Below are positions 10,901 through 21,582 of a DNA stretch of 64,000 bases, piece after piece. This DNA comes from Orbicella franksi (Eukaryota): contig OZ116707.1 in NCBI GenBank assembly GCA_964199315.1, positions 15,066,001 through 15,130,000 of the forward strand, in the 5' to 3' direction. How positions within the stretch are numbered: the stretch's first letter is position 1; each line of letters opens with the position of its first letter. The notes beneath the pieces were generated by a model that was given only the letters and a program-made list of their open reading frames with translations, was not told the DNA's origin and ran no database searches. A program made the position numbers and the translations under genes.

Positions 10901-13302
10901 AATGGCAATACCTTCTGAAGTTGTAGCCATGTATTAGAATTAACTTCCTCCAATAAATTACTCGCTACTTGTATGATGTTCCGTTGGTCGGCAGATGTGT
11001 TAATAACACTGTTGTTCAGCTCAGAGTTGAACGTCACTAGCAGAGCAAGTGCGTCCAGGGAGGTAGACAGTTCTTGCGTGTCTAGCCTCAGCTCGTTACC
11101 AGGCCTTGTCAAGTTGACGAGTGTTGAAATGACCGTGCTAACGTTGGTGGATTGGTTGCCGTTCCACAGAGCTGCAACCTGGGTACGAATTTTAATAGAG
11201 CTTAGCTTTATTATTGCAAACAGGATTTTAACAGAGGTTTTACTATACGTTGTTAATGTACACCGTTGTCAAAGAGGGTAGGGTGAGCCTCTGGGCAAGC
11301 AAAGAAACAAAGTGTAGAAGCTTCCTTTTGAACTGTTTTCAATATTGTTTTGTTTCTTTATCCATTCAACCTCCCGTCTTTCAAACTTGCTCCTTTGGTT
11401 CTAATCATAGTCCGTACAAGTGAACCGCAGGGGAATAGAGATGGCGCAGTGATGAGAGCGCTCGCCTCCCATCAATGTTGCCCGAGTTCGATTCCGGCCC
11501 GGTGACATATGTGGGTTAAGTTTGTTGTTGGTTCTCGCCTTGCTCCCTGGGTTTTTCTCCGGGTGTTCCGGTTTTCCTCCCTGCTGAAAAACCAACATCT
11601 CCAAATTCCAATTCAGCTTGGATAGAAGACCCACATGAAAACTAGATAAGGCTGAGGTGGCTTCCACTTCCAATCACACCACTTCCCTCAATTAACTATG
11701 ATCTCACGCAAAGAAAATAAAAGATCGATAAGATTAAATTAGTCATAATTCATACCTGTTCCTGTAGATCAGACATCCTGTTTGAAGTTGACGAGAGCAT
11801 GTTTGTTGATGTTGGCTGTTTTTCTGTTGGTTTCGGTGAATACGAAAAGTTTGTTTGATTAACGTGTAATTGACGACTGGCTAATGTAACGGTATTCGTT
11901 AGTACGCTGCTCGGTGTTGCGTTACTTAGCGTTATGCTAGTGTTCGTAATGCTGCCAAGAATCACGGTGCTCGTTGTAATCCTGGTTGAAGTAATGCTAT
12001 TCTTTGTAATGCTGGTTGAAGTAACGCCACTCGTTATAGCGCTGGTTAAAGTAAGGCTGCTCGTTGTAATCCTTGTTGATGTAACGCTATTCGTTGTAAT
12101 CCTGGTTGAAGTAACGCCACTCGTTATAATACTGGTTGGTGTAACGCCACTCGTTATAATGCTGGTTGGTGTAACGCTGCTCGTTGAAATCCTGTTTGAA
12201 GTAACGCCACTCGTTATAATGCTGTTTGATGTAACGCTGCTCGTTGTGATGCTGGCTGGAGTAACATCACTCGTCGTAACTGCCTCCATTGTAAAACTGC
12301 TTAATGTCCCGCTGTTTGGTGGATCCCTCCCTGTTTGAAAACAAATCAGATCAAAGGCGCATGAAGAGTGACCACATCGAACAAGGCAAATCTGAATTGA
12401 AATGTGCATTCACAGGATGCTATTGAGTTAGAAAGGTTAAAAGGAAGGACTCGTATCCAGCTTTCGCGCCGTTATTTTAAGTTGAGTAGCTTGACTTAGA
12501 ATTTGTTATTAAATAATAGAGTGGACCTTATATTTTGTAAACTTCATCAACACCGTGGAATTCCGATTTCTCAAACCCACGATTTTTCGAACTTCCGATA
12601 ACTCGAACGTTACCAAAAGTAGTTTTCCCTGAGGGGAACTCCCATAAAGAACGGGGGGGGGGGGGTGCTGGTCGTACCTTTTAGGGGTTAAAAAAGAAGT
12701 TCCTTTTAGGTGTTAAGGTTCAAAAGGTCCAAATAATGTGTTGTTTTAGAACTAGTACCCCTTAGGGGTGAAACAAATTTCAAGCCACCCCCACAAAACA
12801 GGATCTTGATACCTATTAGGGTTTTTTTTTTTTTGCAAAATTAACTACCAAAATAACCTCTCCACAACGGCCAGTTAATCGCCTATAATGGGACACCCAC
12901 ATGATCACGCGCCGATTACATGACAAAAAGGCGCCCGGAGAACCAATCACAATCGAGGATTTTGTTATAGATACGATTACGTTAATAAAACTGTTACTAA
13001 CAGTATAAGCTCACCGTTGACGTAAAGCCTCGTGGTGTTTGTGCTTAAAAAGCCGTCCGCTGTAACAGTGCAGGTGTATTCACCATCGTCTATTTTACGT
13101 ATTTGCTGGAGTGATAAGGTGCCATTGGCTACCGTGTTCAATCGCGGATCACTATACGGTATTGGCACATCGTCTTTGACCCATGTTATACTCACTTGGC
13201 CTTGAAGCGTTCGTAAATCTCTGTCAGTACACCACAGGACAATACTGGCTCCATTATTAACAAATAATGATCGGCGGGTGTCGAGGATAACTCCTCCGAA
13301 AA
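1880..13302 (-). CDS. Adhesion GPCR (Ig - Ser/Thr stalk - GAIN/GPS - 7TM), 12 resolved exons, 5' exon(s) not found
   Basis: Phase-consistent GT-AG exons: 13302-13015, 12330-11756, 11178-10912, 8585-8430, 7618-7376, 5990-5826, 5354-5139, 4615-4456, 4359-4217, 4058-3798, 2921-2813, 1983-1880. They join into one open frame of about 895 codons containing GPS and 7TM motifs. Confidence 0.92.
2813..2921 (-). CDS. aGPCR exon, helix 8 / C-tail (VKEALITTLCKRNATSLKEQ...)
   Basis: Acceptor cttttcactcttctcatcag; phase 0 continues ...CILDDR|VKEAL, a typical helix-8 start. Confidence 0.8.
3798..4058 (-). CDS. aGPCR exon, TM5 end - TM6 - TM7
   Basis: LLPVLGITWSFG and YLFTILNSLQGFFIF match the conserved aGPCR TM6/TM7 motifs; AG/GT boundaries, 261 nt. 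Confidence 0.95.
4217..4359 (-). CDS. aGPCR exon, TM4 - ECL2 - TM5 start (not in ORF track)
   Basis: Translates (G)FPLPIVAASLTVTLTGTKPRAADNCWLTVEHGIIYWTFVAPVALVVL with the ECL2 CWL motif; phase 1 in, phase 0 out. Confidence 0.93.
4456..4615 (-). CDS. aGPCR exon, TM3 - TM4 start
   Basis: VLCTVTATLLHYFLLCVFAWMLCHAAIFY...FYALGWG; AG/GTAAG boundaries, 160 nt. Confidence 0.95.
4742..4945 (+). mobile_element. Tc1/mariner-like MITE left part
   Basis: Begins TA|CAGTTGAACCTCC with repeated acaacggccacctct sub-motifs; no matching right TIR found; related fragment near 12850. Confidence 0.45.
5139..5354 (-). CDS. aGPCR exon, TM1 - TM2 (not in ORF track)
   Basis: Translates GEAPDPSQPYLKYISIIGCACSLLFLLLTFVVTALCWKQVKSARVTVLLNLCTAIAASCVLIILADYAQKPT; 216 nt, phase 0/0. 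Confidence 0.93.
5826..5990 (-). CDS. aGPCR exon, GPS autoproteolysis motif
   Basis: CVFW...WNTSGC...TCQCDHL|TIFAVLF: canonical GPS Cys/Trp pattern with H-L|T and a Stachel-like peptide. Confidence 0.96.
6318..6815 (+). repeat. (TGAC)n imperfect tetranucleotide microsatellite
   Basis: Long degenerate tgactgac runs in the aGPCR intron between the GAIN-B and GPS exons. Confidence 0.95.
7376..7618 (-). CDS. aGPCR exon, GAIN subdomain B
   Basis: LSVP..VF, VSAIVYRTL, SSIISATI, EIKLVFNH are typical GAIN-B strands; 243 nt, phase 0/0. Confidence 0.9.
7688..7885. mobile_element. Palindromic short dispersed repeat (MITE-like), second copy at 20208-20685
   Basis: agattccacgttgccgtgcgtctgttc...gaacagacgcgcagtaacaggaatc with inverted symmetry; near-identical start at 20208. 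Confidence 0.75.
8430..8585 (-). CDS. aGPCR exon, GAIN A/B junction (not in ORF track)
   Basis: SRANAADDLLKAMDDFGSQVSSQLDGSVTSAPLVIFSKNIAFRVDRVNSRKT; AG/GTGAGT boundaries, 156 nt. Confidence 0.87.
10912..11178 (-). CDS. aGPCR exon, GAIN subdomain A
   Basis: ...IIQVASNLLEEVNSNTWLQLQK helical GAIN-A signature; 267 nt, phase 0/0. Confidence 0.88.
11430..11675 (+). mobile_element. tRNA-derived SINE
   Basis: Pol III A-box-like TGGCGCAGTGATG (about 11442) and B-box GTTCGATTCC (11486-11495); no pairable anticodon stem; followed by a non-tRNA body. Confidence 0.7.
11756..12330 (-). CDS. aGPCR exon, mucin-like Ser/Thr stalk with 10-aa repeats
   Basis: Units such as VTPTSIITSG and VTSTRITTNS (30-bp period); phase 1 in, phase 0 out, fitting the neighbouring exons. 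Confidence 0.85.
13015..13302 (-). CDS. aGPCR exon, immunoglobulin (I-set-like) domain
   Basis: C...ITWVKDD...NGTLSLQQIRKIDDGEYTCTV; 288 nt, symmetric phase 1/1 exon typical of Ig modules. Confidence 0.88.
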
Positions 13303-13339
13303 CTGTGGAGATAAAGTGAGTTAGATCGATCCGTCTCTC

Positions 13340-13592
13340 GGTCAGTCAGTCACTCGGTCAGTCAGTCAATCAGTCAGTCACTCAGTTAGTCAGACAGTCA
13401 GCCAGTCAAGAAGTCAGTCAGTCAGTCAGTCAGTCAATCGGTCAGTCAGTCAATCAGTCGGTCAGTCAGTCAGTCAGTTAGTCAGACAGTCAAGCAGTCA
13501 GTCAGTTAGTCAGACAGTCAGTCAGTCAGTCAGTCAGACAGTCAGTCAGTCGGACAGTCAGTCAGTCAATCAGTCAGTCGGTTAGTCGGTCA
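13340..13592 (+). repeat. (GTCA)n imperfect microsatellite (reverse complement of the 6318-6815 array)
   Basis: Direct reading of the sequence. Confidence 0.95.
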
Positions 13593-13992
13593 ATCTGTCG
13601 TTCAACATGCTCTTTTTCCCACCTCCTTCCCCCGCCCGCCTCGCCCCCTGAACGAGAAGTCCAAGATAACGTGACCTTCCGCCATATTAGATGGCTGTTA
13701 CCCTCCTGTTTCGTTGGGTGTAGAGAGAAAGAGTCGCATGTCTAAGCCGGTACTAATAGCACGGCTTTGAGGTAGGACTTAATCGATGACTTGTCGTTAA
13801 AATACATGGCAAAGCTAGAAAAGCCAAAAAAATAAAAACAGCAACAAAACAGGCAACAAGAACAACAACAAAAAATCCAAGCAAGGCAGCAGCCAGCATG
13901 ACGTAATTACAGTTATTTAACACTAATGAAAACAAAACTACAACAAAAGAAAACGAACAATTATCTTTGTCACAAGGTCTGAAAAACTTTTG

Positions 13993-14037
13993 TAAACGAA
14001 GCTTTCGACTGTATCGCACAGTCTTCATCAGCGATTA
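13993..14037 (-). ncRNA. Minimal type I hammerhead ribozyme motif (3' pLTR)
   Basis: Minus strand reads TAATCG CTGATGA A GACTG tgcgata CAGTC GAAA GCT T CGTTTA: core, 5-bp stem II, palindromic AGCT stem III, stem I with 5 of 6 pairs. Confidence 0.7.
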
Positions 14038-14816
14038 AAGTGAGCTCACATTGTCACGTGAATGCAAATTGTTTAATCACGTGACAACAGATGGTCAAAA
14101 ATGGCGGGGAGATCATAGCCCCCGTCTCTGTTCAGTGTTGGGCGTTGACGTCTGATATGGATGGCCTCCTTGATTTTCCTTTTGATATCTACCGACTCTT
14201 TATCAAGAATCTTGACTGCTTCCCAGTCGATCTCGTGGTTGGCCTGAGACTGGTGTTCCCGGATTGTAGATGTTGTTTGTTTCTGATGTTCACTCAGTCG
14301 CTTCTCCAGAGTTCTCGCTGTCTCGCCAATGTAATGCTCTCCGCAATCGTTGCATGTGATGTCGTACACCACGCCCGTCTTCTTTTCGGTTGGTGTCTTG
14401 TCTTTTGGATGGACTAAGATGGACCTCAGCGTGTTGTAAGGCTTGTGGTATGTGCGGATGTCTTGTGCCCTAAAGACTCTACTAAGATGTTCTGAGAGTC
14501 CAGACACATAAGGCAGGCTTACGGAGGTTGTTCTAGGTGTCTCCGAGGTGCTGTTCTCCTGACTTGTGGGGCTGGGTCGAGAAGGGACTTAAAACATCCA
14601 GCGTTTGTAACCATTTGCGAGTAGAGCATTCTGGATGTGCCGTACTTCCTTTGCCTTATCTTCCTCCTCGCTAACAAGGTGTTCTGCTCTGTGTAGGAGG
14701 GTCCTCACAACTGAACGTTTATGATGCAGATGATGGTTGGAGGTGAAATTGAGATATTGACCATCTGTTGTCACGTGATTAAACAATTTGCATTCACGTG
14801 ACAACGTGAGCTCACT

Positions 14817-14862
14817 TATATCGCTGATGAAGACTGTGCGATACAGTCGAAAGCTTCGTTTA
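14817..14862 (+). ncRNA. Minimal type I hammerhead ribozyme motif (inverted pLTR)
   Basis: tatatcg CTGATGA A GACTG tgcgata CAGTC GAAA GCT T cgttta; same core on the opposite strand, with a weaker stem I. Confidence 0.62.
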
Positions 14863-15299
14863 CAAAATTTTTCAGACCTTGTGACAAGAATAATTGTTCG
14901 TTTATTTATACACCAAGGTCAAGAATGAGCGTACATAGTCATACAACAAAGGAACTCAAAAAAAAAAAAAAAAACTCAAAAAAAGTCAGAATTTACGGGT
15001 GCAGGAAGACGAAGATAAGTAAGGCCCGGTTCAAAACTTCAAACGTTGTGAAAACTAAACGATAGCGCGGTGTTTGAACAAGGCCAAGGACATTTATACT
15101 TCAGGAAAAATGACACACTTGCATAAACTGTAGAAATAACTCTAAGTCCTCTCTAAACGAAATACTTGACTGGACAGACCACCGACGCTCTCCATTTTCA
15201 TTATCATAAACCAAACGATAAGCTGCTTGATGTATTTGGTATACAATGAGCCTCACAAAGCGTCATGCCGTGACCCCAGGCAGGTGAAAATAATCATTA

Positions 15300-15770
15300 C
15301 ACTCTTTTTTTATATATAGGAATACATTTTATAAGAATATTGAGGCTGAAATTTGCGAAATGTTAAGAATATTTTAAGAATAAACACAACGCTGAGATTT
15401 TAAAAAGAATATAAATTTGTGTGTGTGGTTGAAAATTTGGAAATAGAAATACGATACAAATGTATGTTTTTAACTAAGTCTTATAAAACTCTTCCTTTAA
15501 TTTCTTTACCTAGCCAAGAAACAACGAAAACAGCACTAGCCGTATGTTCAATGCTAATAATATTTCTGCAAGAGGTAATGTATATCATCTTGGGCTTTAC
15601 TGCCTGCAGTCTGGGCCAAGATTTACTTCATCACCATCGAAGTCAATAAAACGGAAATGTCACACGCTGAAATCTAAGAATACTCACAAGAATTTTCAGC
15701 CTAAAATTGGCAGAAAATAAGAATATTCAGCCTCGGCCGGAAAACAATATTCTTAGACATAAAAAGAGTG
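15300..15770. mobile_element. TA-flanked Tc1/mariner-type MITE
   Basis: TA|CACTCTTTTT...AAAAAGAGTG|TA, with subterminal inverted aagaatatt/gaggctgaa motifs. Confidence 0.7.
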
Positions 15771-16193
15771 TATGTCAATGTGCCATATATCAAATCCAGC
15801 TAAGTGACTAATTCGAATAAATGCTTTAAAATTTGCATGTTCGAAGGATTTCGAAGAAGTCCATTACTGAACACGCAAGAGCGGTATTATGGGAGAATTC
15901 GTGTAATGCTTTATTTTCGTTGCCGGCGAATTTCTGTACATAGATTTTTGTTCGCTCCGGCTAAAATTGCGCGAGACTCTTCTGTCTTTCACACGTAATA
16001 AAAGTCTAAATATAAAATGTCTGTTTCAATTAGTTCACTTCCGTTGCGTCAGTCAATTGCGCTTCAGGTGAAAATATCAACACCTTAAAAGCAATTTCAG
16101 TATATGCTAAATTGCATGTGTATCTCAAGTGCTCAAATAATTAACGGCACAGTAAGACGATCTCCTAGAGTGAAAAGCAGTCACTGTAGCGAA

Positions 16194-16357
16194 CAGTGGC
16201 GGATCCAGACTTTGAGCTAATGGAGGGCCCGGTTTTGTTTTACTTGCCCTGCCGGCTTTTCTTTCTTCAGTCATTTCTTCTTTTTTCACCCAAAATAAGG
16301 AGGTGGGTGGGTGGGGGGGGGGGGGGGGGGGGAGGCTCTCCCCTAGATCCGCCACTG
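16194..16357. mobile_element. Short hAT-like MITE with poly-G core
   Basis: TIR CAGTGGCGGATC...GATCCGCCACTG; flanks GCGAA/GTGAA (5-bp TSD with one mismatch). Confidence 0.75.
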
Positions 16358-19300
16358 GTGAACATCGATCTTTTGATCACTGACTTTCTACAAAAGCTAG
16401 ACTGGATCTGAATTCTTTACGGTTCTTTGGGTCATTACCGTTTTTGTACATTATGCTTTTATTTCAATGTTAAAATGCATTTATTCCAGTAGTGATCTTA
16501 ATCCTGACTTTGCTCAGAGAATTGCAAATGCGCAGCTGAAATTGACGAAGCTGCTTCAACTGGTTTCTTACTTTACCGTTCACACTGCAAACTGGAGTAA
16601 AACGAATTCTTCTTCTGAGTGCATTAGTCAGTTGCATTGCATGAATTTCGCGGTTGCCATTTTCTCTAAAAAAGCTTACTTTAAAGCTTGTTGAAAACTG
16701 TTCAGAGAATCACAGTCATAAATGATGTTAGCTGGTATTATTCTAACGATCAAGCACGTTGCTTCACTGGAATGAACGCCAGACAATAGCAAGAAAGCAG
16801 GAACAGAGGTCTTCTGAGGATAAAATATAAATGGTGAAATGAAAAAATACCGTTCAGTTTTCCCTTCGAAGAATACAGTGAGGCAACCAAAAGCCGGCAA
16901 CATTTTATTCTTTGGTGAGAAAAGGATTTTCGTATCTTCATTCGAAAAGTATATGTAAGCATATTTCGCCCGTACATTTACGTGTATTTTTGAGGAGACG
17001 ACAGGCTGAGGGAATTTAGACGTAAATACCACGTTTTACAGATATAGACAGGTCGTCATGTCTTCTTAATCTGGAATTACGAAAAAAAGAGGGGTCATGC
17101 TATTGAGAAGGTTATCCTGTGGGCTGAATTACACGACACTAAAAAGACAGGCTTTTCTATACGCTGTAATATTACATGGCTAAGATATGAACTGTGGGTA
17201 ATTTGAATCCAGTAATGTTGAAGCGAACTTTTTCATTATCATTAGTCTTAAAAAGCTATTATCTTTTACACCCTGTGAGGTACTGCTTATGTAATAGTCT
17301 AATAGCGGAGGACCGGGGAGGGGGGGAGAGACTTCTTCCGAAGGGGTAGAGGTAAAACTCATTGATTTGTTTAAAAGGACCTTTCAAAATATCTCGAACA
17401 GTTGCTCGTAACGGCAAATTCATCTAAGAGTTTTAAAGGGTTTTAATTGAGGGTTTTAAAGGGGATGTGAAAAGGTTATCATATATATTCTTTGGAAGGT
17501 ATGTTTAAGAGTCACTTTTTTTCTGTTAAAAATCTTATGTAAAAATGGACCTCTGCGAAGCCTCCCGGTATAAAGTAACTTTGCTCAATTCCTACCCCCT
17601 GGATTTTTAACGATTACTTTTGATCGATGATAAAATCTGAGATATTCATCCTTGTCAACCGACGAAGATCATTGTCCCTCAACTTCGCCGGTTTGCGAAG
17701 GCAAGCGAGGTTGTTTAGAAAGAAATTAAAAGAAACAAAAAGGAAAAGAAGACTCATTTATAACAAACACATTAATGTGACGTACACCAACCCCATAAAA
17801 TATCATTTACAACCTAACCTAGCGTATTTTTTAGCTTAGACAGTGCCAACTTGATTCATCACCTAGGCGTGAAACGCGACTGAGTGCCAGCGAAGGATTA
17901 AGAATTTTAAAGAAACTACGCAAACCTTGATGAAGTCAGAACTTATCTAAACACTCAAGTATATGAGCAGACATTTTCAGCAGGAAATTAAACTTTCTCA
18001 TTAAAATGCTGATCGTGATTATGTAACTTTTTATAAAAACAGCCGAATGCTCGAATCGAAAGATGGAAGAAAATTCACTGGAACTAAAGTATAAGGAAAA
18101 CACTTTTGTTTGAATCGAGTTTCACAAATTTCAGTGGTTTTGCGCTTTCTTGCTCAGGCTCATTATCTCCATTTGCTTATAGCTCATGCCTTAATAAACA
18201 CATTTGTAATCTTTACTAACCAAGTGCATTGATGCTGTATTCACAGTGCTTACCTTCGCGCTGTATAGTGCATGTCAAAATCAACACCACCAAAACCCTC
18301 ATTGTATATAGGGAAGACACAAGGTCGGACAGGCAAGCTCTGGATAATTATTTGCTTGAGTTGGTTTTTCGGTCAACCGATCGACAGGTCGTCTTGCGAA
18401 GAGACAAATTTCTGTGTTAGGTCGTTAGGAACCTTGCGCCGGATGAATGCACATTACAGGTGTACGGTGAGGTGGCCGATATTGTATAATTAAGGGAGGC
18501 ATCGTTTAAATATTGGACCCTTGGTTGTGACACGAAAGGGAAACGAAAAAAAATTGCTGATTACACAACTCGTAGCAGTTGTCGAGATCACGAACCTAGT
18601 GTTATCATCACAGAACAAACCAAACGAAGCAGCAACGAATACGAGCCTGTATTACAACTAGTTTACGGCTCCTGGGGAATATGGACTACATAAATGATGA
18701 TGACGATGATGATACTTGTAATTATGATGAACGGCGTGAAATATTATAGAAATAACCCTCCCCCGCGTGAATAATGCATGGGCATTACCTTAGTAATTTT
18801 TTTGAAGTGTCGCGGGTTACCCTCTTGAAGTTTACAAACAATATTTTTATTTTTGACAGCCTTTGTTTGAATGTGATTCCATTTTAGGACTGAACTCGAG
18901 TGAACGCAATAAAAACTGTGCCTATATACAACTACGATACCGTGCTTAGATTTTGAACAGTGTATTATACATATAGTTATTTATAGATGGGTGCTGGTGC
19001 TCTACTGCTTAGTCTCTGCGTATAAACCTTGTTATTGATAAATTATTTCGTCAAGGATTACACGCTAGGAAACGGGAAAAAAAAGTTATTTTTCCTGTAT
19101 TGGAACAGTAATCTGGAGTAACAGATCCAAAAAGTCTTGATAAAACCAGACAAAGAACTGTTTTTAAAATATGAGAAACCACTTTCAGTTTGTAACAAGA
19201 AATGTTTCAATCGTTCTACGATCATTATTTAGTTGCATGTGAGTTCTTGTCCAGTTGTGATTTGAATTTGTGTCATCGATCTGATCTCTGAAACAGTATT

Positions 19301-20207
19301 TTTACGTGTCTCGCGCATTGGAATATAAAGATAATTTGGAATCGTATTTCTTCATGTTCTTCCAATTTGATAGAAAACTCTAAAATAACTCATAAAGAAT
19401 ATAATTCGTAACCTTACACTGGGTAAACTATCATTCAAGGATGACTGCGTTGCAGTCTGTAACGCCCATTATCGAAGTGTTTCAAGAAGTTTGCGAATAT
19501 AACTATAACCTTGTCTTCATTCTCGCATCTTGTCATCCAGTCAATCAATTTTTCCTTACTTTTCTTGTGTTCTTTATTTGTTTTTGTTACGCGAGGCTAT
19601 ACTCGCGTTGGTAGCTTTTTTGTATTTTTGTTTTGTATCCATCTGTATACTTTCTTCCTTGTAACTTCCCGCATCGGCGAATATTAACTGTTGCTATTTC
19701 AGGCATTTGCGACATTTGAGGGTGGTAATGTTATTTTGTTTATACGTAGTTACTTCTTTTTTTTTTTCCTTGTGATATTTTATAGCTTGCTAGTACATCC
19801 TCCTCTTATCACTACCGGCCGGTTTGACGTTCAGTTGTCAAAATATATATATTTTGTCGTTGTTGTAGAACACTTTCGTGGGTTGTCTACGTGAATTCGT
19901 ATTGGGAACGAGGCATCAATATTACCAACTACCCCGGTTTGGCCGACACAGTACTCCGAGTGCTGTGTCGGCCAAACTTGTCCGGGCAATATATATGGAG
20001 AACTAAGAAACTTTGAACGAGTGGACCTATGCGTGACTGATAATCAACGAAGGATGTTGGATAGCTTGATTGATTTCTTATAAGACTGCATGCGTTTTTA
20101 AGTATTTTGAAACATTCTGATTGGTTCTTACTCATGATCTATTGGAGGACAGACGCAGAGATGACGCCATTAACTTTTTTTTTGTTTCTTTATTATATAA
20201 AACAATT

Positions 20208-20685
20208 AGATTCCACGTTGCCGTGCGTCTGTTCAGTAACAGATCACAGAATACGTCAAAATGTGGTAAGAACATCATTGACAGTCTCGCCTGACGGCTC
20301 GTGTGCCACTGTTTTGTTGTTACCACATTCTGACATCATCTGTGATCTATTAAGCAATTAGATTATAAGCTCGAGATTTCTATCGCGTGATAGTTGACAG
20401 GGCGCAGCCCGAGTCAACTATCACGCATAGAAATCGCGAGCGAATAATCCAATTGTCTTAGTATAAATCTACTAGTCGTTCAAAACTTTAACTAAACCCT
20501 GTTCACAGACACTTCGAAAACGCCAAAAAGCGGCCGTCATTTAGTTAACAAGCACACACTGCTACGCTACTATCTATCACGGAATAGATAATGAGTAGCG
20601 TAGCCAATCAGAGAACGGCATTCGTGATAGAACACTAGTAGATTTATACTAACACTGAACAGACGCACGACAACATGGAATCTAT
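20208..20685. mobile_element. Nested palindromic MITEs
   Basis: A copy of the 7688 element is interrupted at about 20352-20652 by a second element; that element has another copy at about 47430-47690. Confidence 0.7.
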
Positions 20686-21582
20686 TTATTTGATGATGAA
20701 TTCTGATGTAATGTGAAGCTTGGTACTCGAGAACGCGTTCCTATCCTGCGAAGTAACGAATTTTGTCGTCTCGATCAAATTAATGTTCTCGCTCTGTAGG
20801 TAGCGAGACAACATAAGCCTGACACTGTACTGAGGGAATTTTGTTGTTCATATTAGTATTTCAACACCATGCCAAGCACTGGTTATGGAATTAATCCAGA
20901 ATTAGGTCATTTCCGAGATGCCTTTTACCTCCGTGTCCAAATCGGAATCTACGCGCGAAACCAGTAATATGAAAGTGTGTCCCTTCCCCCACCCTACAAC
21001 TTCATTTTCATGCAAATCAAACTCATCTCCCTTTGAAAGGCTTTGCCCGAAGACTCGTTTTGAAACAGAGGCAAAATGCAACTCGGAAGTCACCTGTTGC
21101 AACCCATAAGACAATCAGTATCACAGGAAATTAGCTCAGAAAACAATCGCAAAACACCTCGGGGATAAGGCGGGGCACCGCTGAGTCCTTCAAACTCTGA
21201 CTAAAAAAAGCAATCAACGTGCAAGAACATTAATTATCATTTTTTAACATACACGCGTAACGGATCAACTGTCAGAAAACAATTCAGACAAAAGGCATTT
21301 TAATGACTAATTACACTGTAATTATAATAATAATTATAGTAATCAATGTACACGAAGCAACAATTTTTTCATATGCGGATGGTGAGCAACTTTCCTTCAT
21401 GACATAACATCCTTATTAAAACTATATTTCATTAACAGGTCCTTCTTAAGGAAACAATCACCTACAACTCGAGTCAGTTAAGCCGTACCGGTATTCGCTT
21501 TTTGTGAGACACTCCAAAACATTACGATCAGGGGGCTGGGTGGGAAAGTCTTGGCTTGCCCTTCCCCACTCATGACAGATCA

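Larger units (their letters stand above)
13951..14903 (-). mobile_element. 5'-truncated Penelope-like retroelement with inverted pseudo-LTRs
   Basis: One minus-strand frame about 14757-14073: RT C-terminal region (YLNFTSNH...NGY), single TAA at 14589-14591, then GIY-YIG endonuclease (GVVYDITCNDCGEHYIGET...R..EH). Inverted repeats of about 147 bp at 13951-14098 and 14757-14903. Confidence 0.93.

Noticed and set aside
11430-11505. tRNA gene
   Set aside because: A and B boxes are present but the anticodon and acceptor stems do not pair and a SINE body follows.
11934-12338. Hydrophobic 134-aa plus-strand ORF resembling a membrane protein
   Set aside because: It is the antisense shadow of the Ser/Thr repeat exon.
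16560-17032. Candidate 5'/signal-peptide exons of the aGPCR
   Set aside because: No convincing signal peptide with a phase-1 donor; left unresolved.
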